DNA of 63,431 nt, the filler included, from Sphaeroforma arctica JP610 (Eukaryota): the NCBI RefSeq assembly GCF_001186125.1. It is 8 parts of 3 records of this genome, joined end to end, with 100 filler letters (N's around TTAATTAATTAA, not from the genome) between each part and the next. Parts side by side here need not be neighbours in the genome. Positions count along the whole stretch, not along the records: positions 1 to 9,769 come from NW_014040545.1; positions 9,870 to 30,758 come from NW_014040545.1; 6 more parts are not named here. One strand, 5' to 3'. This document shows, one piece after another, positions 1 to 11,319 of the stretch (the first letter of the stretch is position 1; each line of letters starts with the position of its first letter). The notes under the pieces are model-generated. The model was not told the DNA's origin. It was given only the letters and a program-made list of their open reading frames with translations, and did no database searches. Both the position numbers and the translations under genes were made by a program.

Positions 1-510
1 GAGAGACTGCTGTTGTGCCATCAGCTCCGTGAGTTTCTGAGCTGACGATTGTTCCCGTGCCGTTTCCTTGTTGTTGGTACGGCGCCGGTGACGCCTCCGC
101 TTGTTAGGTGGGAGGCGTGGTTGGTCATTACTGGGGGATAAGGCCCCTGGAGTACCCGAAGACGAGCGAGAGGACAGACCTTTACTGGCTACCTGTTCAC
201 CAATAAAAGTCTGACTTCTGTCCGCACGCAGGTCGGGCACTTCCTTGGTCTCATCCTCGATTATGACATCCTCGTCAGACTTTGCAGGTCCATCTTTGTT
301 TGCTGTTGGTGGCTGCTTGTCGTCCGCGGGAACAGGGTGTGGAGCCCCAAGATGTGTCTGTTGTTGCCCCTCCAGAGCCTGACCTGAGTGCGGAGCGGAG
401 CGTTCCGTATGGGACTGACGACGTTTAGTTCCACGTCGGTCGATATCATCTTCCTTGCGGCGCTCAGGATTCAAGAGTTGCTGTCTACGACTTTGGCGGG
501 GGTAGGACAT
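1..510 (-). pseudogene. gag: gag N-terminus of Gypsy family A
   Basis: Manual translation from 510 matches the gag start at 9654; it lies downstream of the family A 5' LTR and leader. Confidence 0.7.
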
Positions 511-582
511 GGTTGGTGAGTTGTTTGTCAATGGAGTACTAGAAATGTGTGCGAATGAACTGATAGAGTACTGAATATAAAT

Positions 583-1053
583 ATCCATTTTCTACTAAAT
601 TTCATCCTTCAAACACATAACGTCTCGACATCGATCTCCGAGGAGCTCGTGGTTCCCTCGTGACTGTTTCATTTCCTTCACTAACACCAGTAGTGTGGAT
701 AGTCTATCTACTTTAACACTACCTGCTGTCCTACTCTCCATCCCACAATAACGTGTGGTTGAGTGCCTCATTAGTCGGAGCAACTTCTTGGTCTACTCCT
801 CGCCTGCTCCTGTATCCATTTTCTACTAAATTTCATCCTTCAAACACATAACGTCTCGACATCGATCTCCGAGGAGCTCGTAGGTTCCCTCAGGTTCCCT
901 CATGACTGTTTCATTTACTTCACAAACACCAGTAGTGTGGATAGTCTATATACTCTAACACTACCTGCTGTCTTACTCTCCATCCCACAATAACGTGTGG
1001 TTGAGTGCCTCATGAGTCGGAGCAACTTCTTGGTCTACTCCTCGCCTGCTCCT
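583..1053. repeat. Tandem duplication (~230-240 bp x2) in the family A leader
   Basis: TATCCATTTTCTACTAAATTTCATCC...CTCGCCTGCTCCTG occurs at ~583 and again at ~813. Confidence 0.9.
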
Positions 1054-2356
1054 GCTCCGACCTAATGACGGACTATTCGCAGGACCCTGTTGGGAACTTC
1101 CCCTATCGCTCCTATTTACTCTTCTTACCCGTGATGTCCTTGTCATGTGCTGTAGCGGTTGTTGGAATATGCTTCTCGATCTAAGAACGATTGCTCGTTA
1201 TTGCACTCCTAAACTAAGCTGCCGTCAACCACACCTTCTGTGCATACTATTGAGCCTCTCCGTTGACCTGATTTATCTGGAAATTCTAGTGATTTGAGTG
1301 TGTTCGCATATCTTTTTCACAATTTACCCATGTATTTACTTACATCGTTCGTGTTATGTACGCCCCCACCCTTATATGCTCCTAATGACTCACAGATGCT
1401 TACTTATGTCTCTGTATGCTTCCTTATATCCTCATTCGTCGATCTATTTTATCTAATTCACCATATGTGGAATTCTGGTCGTAGTTGGCTTCACCTGGAT
1501 AGTTATCTCTTCTTTACTTCGTCGGTACTTATCGTAGCCAAATCTTAAGTAAACTATTCTAAATAAGCACTCCGGTCTATTCGTTTATAAGTCATAATCC
1601 CAATAAATAGCCCTTTTAGAATCCCAACTCCTACTTAGTTGCGTATGGATGCCATTAGATGCACATGTATTGCCATTCCATTTCCTATTACTTAAATCAT
1701 CGGTCTGCTCACGTCCTCAGGGCACGTTATGCAGTCTTTTGACGTGTTGCCTAATATATATTCATCGTTGTGTCTTTTACCTTTCCCATTCTTAAAACTT
1801 TGTAAAATAATATAGTATGCCGCTGATTCTTTGCGTCATAGTATTAACCGAGTCGGCACTAACCATGTACATCTCCCATCTCTACTACTGTAGATCCTAA
1901 AGAACTTCCTTCTTTTCTTCTAACAACTTCTTAAATATAGTTTAAGCTCATTAACTTGCAATTCGATTTGTACTTGTCTCACACTGAAAACAACCTCCCT
2001 ACCTGTACTCACACATGACTACTTATCTGGGGATTCTAGCTGATTCTCTGATTTCGTCATTTGATCGTCTTGAGACCTTCCTTGTTGACCCTGGCTAATG
2101 TTGAACTTGATTGTGATGTTCGCTCATCGGTTTCACCCGTATTAGTAGATTCTTTCTTCATACTCGTTGTCCAAACGTCATTAGTACAACGACCGGATAA
2201 TCTAAATCGTTCATTTTGATGCGACATTCTTTGTTCGTATTGTCTTTCAATTGTTATACTTATAACAAAAATATGTGCCAGCTACTGACTAGTTCTTATT
2301 CTGTAGCTTTCCCTGTAATTACTAATAAACTAACAACTTCTATGGTAAGTTAAAAA

Positions 2357-2605
2357 TGTAGTAAGTATACGCTAGATAATTGTATCTCAACGTTCTCCTT
2401 CCTCAGGGAGGGGGACATTGTTCATTTATTAATAATTATAAACAGTAATCCTAAGATGAATGACTCTTAAAATGAGTCATTAGTCATGTGCTGTGAAACC
2501 AGCAAAACCATAAAACCCAGTTTATCAGATTATTCTGATAAACTGTAAAACTTGTAATAAACCTAAAATAATCAAATAAATCTAAGTACTTGTATTCTGA
2601 CCACA
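2357..2605 (-). repeat. 5' LTR, Gypsy family A
   Basis: Minus strand reads TGTGGTCAG...TACTACA; highly similar to 15300-15551; preceded by CGAA on the minus strand. Confidence 0.92.
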
Positions 2606-3579
2606 TTCGTCTACTAGGAAGTGGTGAAATCCACCTGTGAGATCGAGCTTTGAAAAAAAACTGCGCCCCTTGTAGGTTGGGTAACACTTCCTTTATTTTT
2701 GGTAACACAAACTTGTCTTGTTCATATTGGTACTTGATCTCACGTAAGTCTAGACCTGTCCTGACGTTTTTGAGTAGACCTGTTTGGTCATGTTCACCTG
2801 TTGATAACAAAGGTAGGTTCACCGTTGTTGGCTTGTCGCGTTTGTATATGTGGCCATCGTGAAGCTATCGTTACACATTCTCATCCGTTTGTGGAATATA
2901 TTTGTGCGGAACAAAGTTGACTTTAGCGTGCCTCATTTGTCTGACGTCGATTTCATTTGCAGGTACTGTGACTGTAGAGCCTGGTAGGTTGCAGTGAACG
3001 TCAGGAGGTATAATCGCGTTGGTGTCCAGGAGGTCTGTCAGTGACTCTCTGAAACCTTCTCGTTCATGCTCTGGGTCCTCTTCATGTGGTGTGAAGACCG
3101 ATTCCCATTTTGGATCTGTTGGTATAAGTGGATTGATTAAACCCGTTATATATATACATATGTATGGTAGAATGTCCATACCTGGAAGTATTGGTGTTTT
3201 CTTTTCTGGCAAGTCCAGTACCTCAAAACACTCTGCCTCCATAGTTAATGTCACAAACTTCTGTTGGTCCAGTGCGTTGTATTCGTGCATCTGTTTGTGC
3301 TAGTTGTATGTAACCCGGTTGCGCTCTAACAGAAAGATATAGTTCTGATACTACACTTTTGTCCATGCATGAGCGTTGTGCGCCCGAGTCTACTAGTGCA
3401 TTGTATGTATTGTCATTAATTTGTATGTCAATGTTTAAACGTTGGTCTCGTGGTGCGGGAAGTAAAGATAAAGGTTGATAGTTTATATCATTTGCATTTA
3501 TTAGCAACGTTTCTTCATCTGTGAATACATTGAGTCTGTCAGCCAGGTCAATCATGTTTGCTTCCGCCCACCAGTGTTT
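2606..3579 (-). pseudogene. pol: pol N-terminal part (aspartic protease + RT start), family B, frameshifted
   Basis: DSG protease motif; RT N-terminal motifs homologous to those in the 11461-13161 ORF (VNLPLL, VRVCLDMR, IPKV). Confidence 0.85.
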
Positions 3580-4991
3580 TCAGTGCTCATCACCTTCAGT
3601 GATGTCTTCCACCTTGCCAGATGTGATGGAGGATCTTGCTATCTGCACATCTTTCTTGGCTTGTTGCAAAGCCTTCTTAGCTTGATTTGCTTTCTTCTCG
3701 GGACTTTCGCTGTACCGATGCACGCTCTTCACGTGCTCCTTTCTTTTCTGAGTCTGCCCCCCGTGTTTGTGCTGGTTGTGCGTACCATTGCCTGTCTTGT
3801 GACGTTTGTTGGCGTTCATAGAGTTATCCTCTACCTGCGTGTTCGCCTGTGTATTGTTGATTTGATTTGCATTATTTGCAGCTCGCGCCTGATCCCTCAA
3901 CATTCGCTCAGCTTTTGTTACTGACGCTATTCGTATGTGTGTCTCAGTCATAGTAGGAAACTTGGCATGTTCGATGTCAGACAAGTGTCCTTGACTTCCA
4001 TCAGGTTGCTTGTCTCCTTTGATTAGGATGTCCACTACTGATTGTAGTCCATCGTATTCCAGTGCTAGGTACCTTTGTACTTTGAGGTTTTGGAAGTGTA
4101 TGGGTTCCTTGTCTGAATTGCGATAACGCTCCTCTAACATTGCCATTGTCTTGTGCACACGCTCGGTGCGCACTTCAACATTCATATTCTTATTCTGCAT
4201 GCCATTGATAAACTTCTCCAATAGATAGTCTACTGGGTGCGATCTGAGTCGATCAATAATGGTTATATTGAACTGCTCAGGATCAGTGAAGTGCCTGGTT
4301 GTTTGTGTCTTAGAGTCTCTTATGTTATTGAGAACTGCTTTGGTTTCTCCGTTGCATCAGTGGAATCTAATAGCCTTCTCACTAGTGCTGGATACTGACA
4401 CAATGGCATTGACGTAGCTAAGAATAGATCACTACATTGTGTAATGAACTCTATGATATCCTCACAATTTTCCAATTTAAAGAAACTATCCATTGGCATT
4501 TTGGGAAACTCTGAAGTTTTGAGTATTTTCTTAAGAGGTGGTTCATTTATCTGGTCGCCTAATCGAGAACGCATGAGCTCTAGCTCACTAATGTACAGAC
4601 TGATTTGAATAAGTTTGTCTTCCTTATCATCACCGCAATCGTTGATCGCTTGATCATATCGTCGTCTGAGCTCCGCATCCACTAGTGGCATACGACGCTC
4701 TGGCTGTTGGTCATGTATGCCTACCCTCATCTTATGTAGAGCCGGTATGGGCACCTGTGCAGTTTGTTCCAATTTGGATACAAGCCGACTCACCAAGACA
4801 TGATTGCCTTGACAGATACTCTTGTCTATTTCTAGACGCATTGCTGAGGCTGCGATGGGTACCCCTACCGGTGTGGGTTGACCCGAGCTACTGCCTGGGC
4901 TTGCCTCCCCCCTTGGGCTGGCTCCCACGTCACCCGCGCTTTCACTACCCTCCCCTCCATCGTATACGCTTGTGCTGGTTGCCGTTGGCAT
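3580..4991 (-). pseudogene. gag: gag-like ORF of family B, split by a frameshift near 4320
   Basis: Two long ORFs lie between the LTR/leader and the protease. Assigned by position; no diagnostic motif recognised. Confidence 0.6.
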
Positions 4992-5285
4992 TTTTAGAAG
5001 TCTATGCGGATGTGTGGGTGGTAGTGGATTATTAGTGAAGACTAAGGATATCTTGCCTTCCCTAGATTTTGCTTTAAGTTTTTTGTATACTTGATCAGGA
5101 TCTAATTTGCCTTAGCGTGTGTTCGTGTAATATTCGAGTCTTGTCTTTTAGAATAGCGTAGCACTAGTGGTGTCTATTTTTGAATGTTGCCCTGTGTTTG
5201 CACTTTGATGGTAGACTTGTTGTAATTACCCTAAAGGTCTCGTGCTACGTGCTCTATTGAATTCACTTTGTGTACATCTGATTCT

Positions 5286-5782
5286 GATGTGTGTATTTGA
5301 TCGCGTCTGTCTTTCTTAAACTTAGCACGTTATGTACTATAGCTTGTACGTTGTAGACTGTAGCTTGCATTGTTCTGTGCATGTACGCTGCTAGCTGATT
5401 TGTGACTTGCAATGTGCTGGTGTGATTGTGTTGTTATGTGCATGCAATGATTTCACGGTGCCACGTGCATAAAGTTACTGTTGGTTGAATACGAGAACAG
5501 AGTGATGCGGTAGTGTCCTTTTTGTGATTGTGATTGATGTGTGTATGTGATCGCGTCTGTCTTTCTTAAACTTAGCACGTTATGTACTATAGCTTGTACG
5601 TTGTAGACTGTAGCTTGTATTGTTCTGTGCATGTACGCTGCTAGCTGATTTGTGACTTGCAATGTGCTGGTGTGATTGTGTTGTTATGTGCATGCAATGA
5701 TTTCACGGTGCCACGTGCATAAAGTTACTGTTGGTTGAATACGAGAACAGAGTGATGCGGTAGTGTCCTTTTTGTGATTGTG
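5286..5782. repeat. Tandem duplication (250 bp x2) in the family B leader
   Basis: GATCGCGTCTGTCTTTCTTAAACTTAGCACG...GTAGTGTCCTTTTTGTGATTGTGA is repeated with a 250-bp period. Confidence 0.92.
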
Positions 5783-6330
5783 ACATCCGGATGTTTTCTT
5801 GTTCGAAAATCTAGGAAAAATCCCAACCTTGATGAACTAATCACCGTGACAGCTTTCTCCTTTTTTCACTGTTTTAGCCTCCTTACATATCACTTCGTCA
5901 CTGAGACACGTTACTTATTCTTGCATAACTTTCACAACCCTCACTTGGACACTGCCTTTTTGTGCACACAATACTTTCGCTGGTGTAACGTGGTACTCAC
6001 TTTGGCATACGTTACCCTTGCAAACTCAATATGGTTACCTGGTTGTTTCTTCTTCTTTGCTTATAGAACAATGGAAGTAACTTCTTTCTGAATCTGCTCG
6101 TGCCCACGCTGCTGCTAGCCTCTGGTTGTTGAGAGTCCTCTATCCTCTTTCTTTTGCGGTTCATGTTCTTTGAAGCCTCTCTGCTGGGTCTTTCTTCGTC
6201 GTTATCGGTATCCCCTGTGTGATATTTTTTAATAAAGTTGAAGCCTCGTAGTATGCTGCTTCACTCTGCTTCCTTCTTGGTTGTAGAGTGTAAATTGTTA
6301 GATTTATCTAAGTGAGGATATTGTAAAAAA

Positions 6331-6670
6331 TGTAGAGTATAGAGAGTAGCTGAAAGATACGAGACATTGGAATACAATAGACCTCTTCTTAAGTACGGAT
6401 ATCTCAGCTAGGAAAAGTCTCCAGTCTGATAGAACCGAAATGAGTCTTTATTTGTGTTTTCACTAGACTCAGGGTTTACTCGAGTGTTTCTCTCACACGC
6501 GGGAGTCCCGGTATATCTTTCCGGTTATAGCGCTAATATTTCTGATGACTCTAATACCAGAAATATTCCAATACTAATTCCAAAACCCAGTATTTGATTA
6601 ATCTGGGTTATGGGGTTTGTATTGGCTTTTTGATAATCTCTTTTTGATAATCTGGTTTCTAGATGCTACA
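6331..6670 (-). repeat. 5' LTR, Gypsy family B
   Basis: Minus strand reads TGTAGCATC...ACTCTACA; clearly homologous to, but diverged from, 17932-18252 (shared AGTCATCAGAAATATTAGCG, CTGAGTCTAGTGAA, GACTTTTCCTAGCTGAGATA, AGAAGAGGTCTATTGTAT). Confidence 0.85.
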
Positions 6671-6829
6671 TGTGATGGAGTATCGAGGATATTTAAGTCT
6701 CCTCGGTTGGTTGTACTTGGTCATTGGAAGTAAGTTCTTACGGATTATTGGCTTTTTTTACGAGTCCAATTAGCTCTTTACTGGCCGAGTTAAGAATTCC
6801 GGGGCTTTAGTCCCACCAAGGTTACAGAC

Positions 6830-8640
6830 AAAATACTCTTTGCCCTCACTGCATACTACTTTGTATGATCCGCCATATGGTGCTGTTAATTTATTCATTT
6901 CATCTTGATAATGGACCATGACAATGTTTCCTTCCTGGGAGTGTGCATACTTCTTTTATTATTTTCGGCCGTATGCTGCGCGCATCATCTCTTGATATTG
7001 CGCAGCATTAGTGTCTAGTCGTGTCCCGATTGCATCTTCTGGATTCTGCAGTGATACTGTCGTACTGGGTGCGTTCACTGATATGTTGTGGTATATGGGT
7101 TGGTTCTGTCTGCGACCAAAGTACACATGAAATCTCGGGGATTTATGTCGTCTTGAATGCGCGAAGCTTGTGACCCATAACATTTGTACAAAAGGAAGTC
7201 GCGAACACCAATCTGGGGTTTGTTTAACGGATTTTCGTAACAATAGCATGATGTCTCTATGTGATCGATCGTTTGCTCATAAGACTTTAGGTTGGTACGG
7301 GCGAGAGACGAGGTGTTGTGTCGGCGCTTGTTCAATGACTTTTGAGAGTATATCTGTTAGAGTGCTATGTGGGAGACTAAAAATAAAGTGCAAGTGTAAC
7401 TAAAGAGTTGTGGTGCGTTCGAATGAATTTATTGGTAATCCCACTCTCAGTTGTTGTTAGCGTGGGATGTGGGGGACTGATAGTAAAGTGCTAGTGTATC
7501 TAAAGTATGGTGCATTCGAATGAGTTTATTTATGATCTCACCCTCAGTTATATACTGATGATGTTTGTACTAGTGTCCAACCACTTGGGTTGGCCATGGT
7601 AAAAACTCGTATGATCAGTATGAGAAACCTTATGCAGAACACTTGAGCACTCGGATATATTTTCTAGAAATAAATACATCATATTCTCTGTTACTACACT
7701 CAGTCTCGGACCTCGGCTCTCGGCTAGCCGGTGGCCCGTATCCTATAAATAGAATAATCCGAGAAGAAATCTCAAATTACTCTTACGTTCTCTCGGGCTC
7801 ACCCACCTATACTTATATTAATTTGAGAACAAGTCCCAAATAACTCTCGGGCTGACGACGCAAAACGTTATTAACGTGTATAGGAATACGTCTACTACTG
7901 TAGTCACTCAGTAGTATACTGATGGCGTTTGTACTAGTGTTCAACCACTTGGGTTGGCCAGGGTAAAAATTCATGTGATCAGTATGAGAACCCTTATGCA
8001 TAACACTTTAATACTCTGATATATTTCTAGAAACATATATATCGCATTCGCTGCTACTTCTCAGTCTCGGGCCTCGGCTCTCGGCTAGCCAGTGGCCCGT
8101 GTCCTATAAATAGAATACTCTGAGAACAAGTCACAAATCACTCTTACGTCCACTCGAGAACAAGTCTTAAATTACTTTCGGGCTGACGGTGTAGAACGGT
8201 ATTAACGTATTTAGAAATACGACTACTCCTGTAGTCTCTCAATATCATTGACATATTTCATTTATGGGATTCATGGGAACATTATTGGTACTAGCGTTCT
8301 TGCTACAGTGGCTGCTGATTTGTCCATATTAGTCTGAGTATGACAAATGATGAGTGCATATCTAGCCAAACCAACAAGTATGTATGGCCTCTTTTTGAGT
8401 CCAATAGTGGGCCGACAGTGTCCACTTGAAATTCGTCAACTGGAAATGCGGCTGTGATTGAGTGTTTGGGAAAAATCCCTTTTTGGGAATTTCGCTTTGA
8501 GACACGGTACACATCCTTCAATGTATCTGTGTACATGTTGCTAAATTTGTGGCCGATCGTGTCTATCTGCTTGCAATTCATTTACCGGTTCCTCACGTAT
8601 GTAATGTCTCAAGTTGTGGTGTTGCTCGATGATGTTGAAG
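6830..8640 (-). pseudogene. Degenerate Gypsy integrase (family B-like), interrupted by a solo LTR
   Basis: FPVDEFQVDTVGPLLDSKRGHTYLLVWLD (8303-8581) and WCSRLPFVQML...SRRHKSPRFHVYFGRR (6959-7249) match the integrases at ~17230-17340 and ~14360-14460. Confidence 0.8.
7355..8241 (-). mobile_element. Solo LTR of Copia-type family with 5-bp TSD and internal tandem duplication
   Basis: TG...CA ends (TGTTAGAG / GTCTCTCA); ATATC direct repeat at 7350-7354 and 8242-8246; ~360-bp internal duplication (~7552-7910 vs ~7916-8241). Confidence 0.88.
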
Positions 8641-9320
8641 TGTTAGAGTGCAATGTGGTAGACTTTAAATTAAAGTGCATGTGTATGTATTTATTTATGA
8701 CCTCACCTTTGGGTTTATAATCAAGGTGTTTGTGCTAGTGTTCAGCCGCTTGGACTGGCCAGGGTGAAAACTCATATGGTCAGTATGAGAAACCTTATGC
8801 AGGAAACTATGACACTTTGAAGCTGTTCTATTTCGACTTCTCTGCAATTTAATTTCACGCTGATCACACGACATCTTTCCGCATAGGTTGTGACTCGCAT
8901 AGAACAGCAGCTATTTTTAGAGTGTTCCGGTTGGCAGACTTCGTCCACTCTCGGGAGCTTGTTGAGAAACCTAATCTGCTCTCGGAAGTCAGTTAAGTAT
9001 TAACTCAACTCTCAGGAGTAATTTAAGCAACTTGATTAGCTCTGAGGGTTTCCTGCTGTAAAATCTGGCCTGAGACCTGTAGTCTCTCACTCCGCCTCAA
9101 TTTCACAGTCAAGGGCTGAAGTCTGAAGGCTGAAAAGTGAAGACTGAAAACTGATGAAGGCTGAAGGCTGAAGACTGAAGATCTGGATTGTGAAATTGTT
9201 GACTCTGTAGATGGATCGGACGAAAAGTGTTGAACCGATCAATTCCTGTCAAAAAAAAGTTGACGTATTGGATTTGTTGAGGATTGACTCATCGAGTAAC
9301 GAACACAGGGATGACTTAAT
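8641..9320 (-). mobile_element. Copia-type 3' LTR (8641-9089) plus PPT and 3' internal remnant
   Basis: Minus strand reads TTGAGGCGGAG|TGAGAGACTACA...CTCTAACA; similar to 23584-24500 and 26413-26905. Confidence 0.8.
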
Positions 9321-9653
9321 ATCGGAGTAGAAGTAGTTCACACCGAATTCACGATATGATCCGACAAGTAGGGCATACTTCCGCACGAGCTTCGACGGAA
9401 GAGGAAGCACGACAAGATATTGTCGAGGTGATGTGTTCACGCCGAGACTCATCCGTCACTCGGAGTGTGAGCTGAAGTGGTTGGGAATGGGTAAGCCCGA
9501 TTTGCAAGGACAATCGTCAAGGCCCGGTTTATTCGTTGATCGAGCTCTAGGTTTGAAAAGGGTGTGTATGTGGTGGGGCGATATATTTTAAATCCGCCTA
9601 TAGTTCGATCTCACACATTTCTAAGACTCCAATTGAAATCAACTTTCTGCATC

Positions 9654-11319
9654 ATGTCCGACTCCCGACAAAGTCGTCGACAGCAGCACGTTAACCCTGA
9701 GCGCCGCAAGGAAGACGACATCGACGGACGCGGCACTAAGCGTCGCCAGCCCAATCCGGACCACATCAANNNNNNNNNNNNNNNNNNNNNNNNNNNNNNN
9801 NNNNNNNNNNNNNTTAATTAATTAANNNNNNNNNNNNNNNNNNNNNNNNNNNNNNNNNNNNNNNNNNNNGCACAAGAACAAGTATTAGCCAGACAGAACC
9901 CTCATGATAAGGAGGCGGTGAAGAATAGACAGGATCGATTAAGTACGAACCTGCGCCAACAACAGCAACGCCAGTGGGGCGAAAAAGAAGCGTCCAGTGA
10001 ATATGTACAGACACCTAAACGGCAAGAGAAGGAGACACCAGTGCCTCCGCCTACACCGGCTAGTATCGAGAAAAGCCGACAGGCGCTACACGCACGGATA
10101 CTACAATTAAGTGACGAGCTATGCCAAACAATCAAGGAGAATAACACGGCTCGAACTGAAGCTCTTCGGGGCGTGATTGAGACACTTCGAGCTACATTAG
10201 AGTCCCGACCAGTAGAGAAGCGTCTCGTACCTTCACCACGTACGTGACCTGATTGGCCGTCGAACAGATACTACCTACATGATATTATAGAACGGGACAC
10301 AAGAGGGGCTCTCCTCGAGGCGTTCAAGAACGCGCAAATCGCAGGGTTGGACGAGAGTTGGAACCTTACATAGTTTCATAAGGTACTATCTTACTTCAAG
10401 GCGGAGAAGTCAACACTGGACTACATCCGCGACAATTCTGAACGGTTGAAGACATGGACACCTCAGCTACAGATCGAACAGATCTGTTCGCACGAAACAC
10501 AAGCCACTGTCGATCCCGCGTTTCGCAAGTTAGCCAAGGGCCAAAGTCGGAACATGCACACTCCTCTTATGGAACAAATGTCACAGCTCATGGAGAACCA
10601 CAGGAGGGCACGTGAACGGTGCCAGACAGATGCCGACTTCCAACAGAATTTATTGAACCACTGCATTGTGCAACTGTTAGAAGAAGCTCTCAACGACCGT
10701 ACGTATGAACGTACAACTGATGGAGACACACGAGCTTATACAGCTGTTGAGCCTTGACATTCAGGATGCACAGCAACGTACGACAGCACGTCTCCAGAGT
10801 CGCAACAACCGCGAGGGCCCGACGACCAATGGAAGTCGCGACTACACCAATAGTCGCCCCAACCTACAGACGAGTAGACGACAAATGCAGAATTGGACTC
10901 AACGGTCCCAACCTACGGTACCAACGGCTTGTGTGGGGTGCCAGGCACAAGCGCCACCAGGTGGTAGGCACATCCCACGGTGTCATCATTTCAGGGCGTC
11001 GCAAGCGGTGAGCGCGGAGGGTCGGGCAAGGCTATACGACAACAACCGTCATTTGAGAGACGTACAATCGGTACACAGACCGTCCACAACATCAACCGCA
11101 GGACAGGGGCAGAATACATCCCAGACTAGAGACGTAGTCACAATACGTCCGACGCCTCAAGTACAGGTGAATGCGATTACACAGGACGGAGTCTTGGCTC
11201 TACCATCGGAAGCTACGGAGATCCATATCAACACGATTCTTCACGAAGACTTCGAGCACATGACGTCAACACCAAACCACGCCTATGAGACGTGGGAGTC
11301 GGTAGCCGATCACGCATGA
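9654..11319 (+). pseudogene. gag: gag of family A (spans an N gap; several stops and frameshifts)
   Basis: ORF fragments 9654-9769, 9918-10247, 10446-10757 and 10705-11319 lie upstream of the protease; C-x2-C...H...C cluster near 10930-10985. Confidence 0.65.

Larger units (their letters stand above)
1..2605 (-). mobile_element. Ty3/Gypsy family A, 5' part (5' LTR, ~1.85 kb leader, start of gag), running off the window
   Basis: 2357-2605 is the reverse complement of the LTR at 15300-15551. The ATG at 510 (minus) gives MSYPRQSRRQQLLNPERRKEDDIDRRGTKRRQ, nearly identical to MSDSRQSRRQQHVNPERRKEDDIDGRGTKRRQ at 9654 (+). Confidence 0.85.
2606..6670 (-). mobile_element. Ty3/Gypsy family B, 5' half (5' LTR, leader, gag, protease, RT N-terminus)
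   Basis: LTR at 6331-6670; gag-like ORFs 4320-4991 and 3580-4221; protease ALVDSGAQRSCM (3223-3555); RT start NLPLL...VRTGLDLR...LPKI...LDLTGGFHHFLVDE ending at the family A LTR. Confidence 0.85.

Noticed and set aside
6671..6675. TSD for the family B element
   Set aside because: The flanks (TCACA vs ACCAC) do not match and the LTRs are diverged, so a single clean insertion cannot be confirmed.
9770..9869. TTAATTAATTAA palindrome embedded in N runs (also ~30759, 42023, 51725, 54663, 58676, 60360)
   Set aside because: Identical in every gap; an artificial scaffold linker with stops in all frames, not biological.
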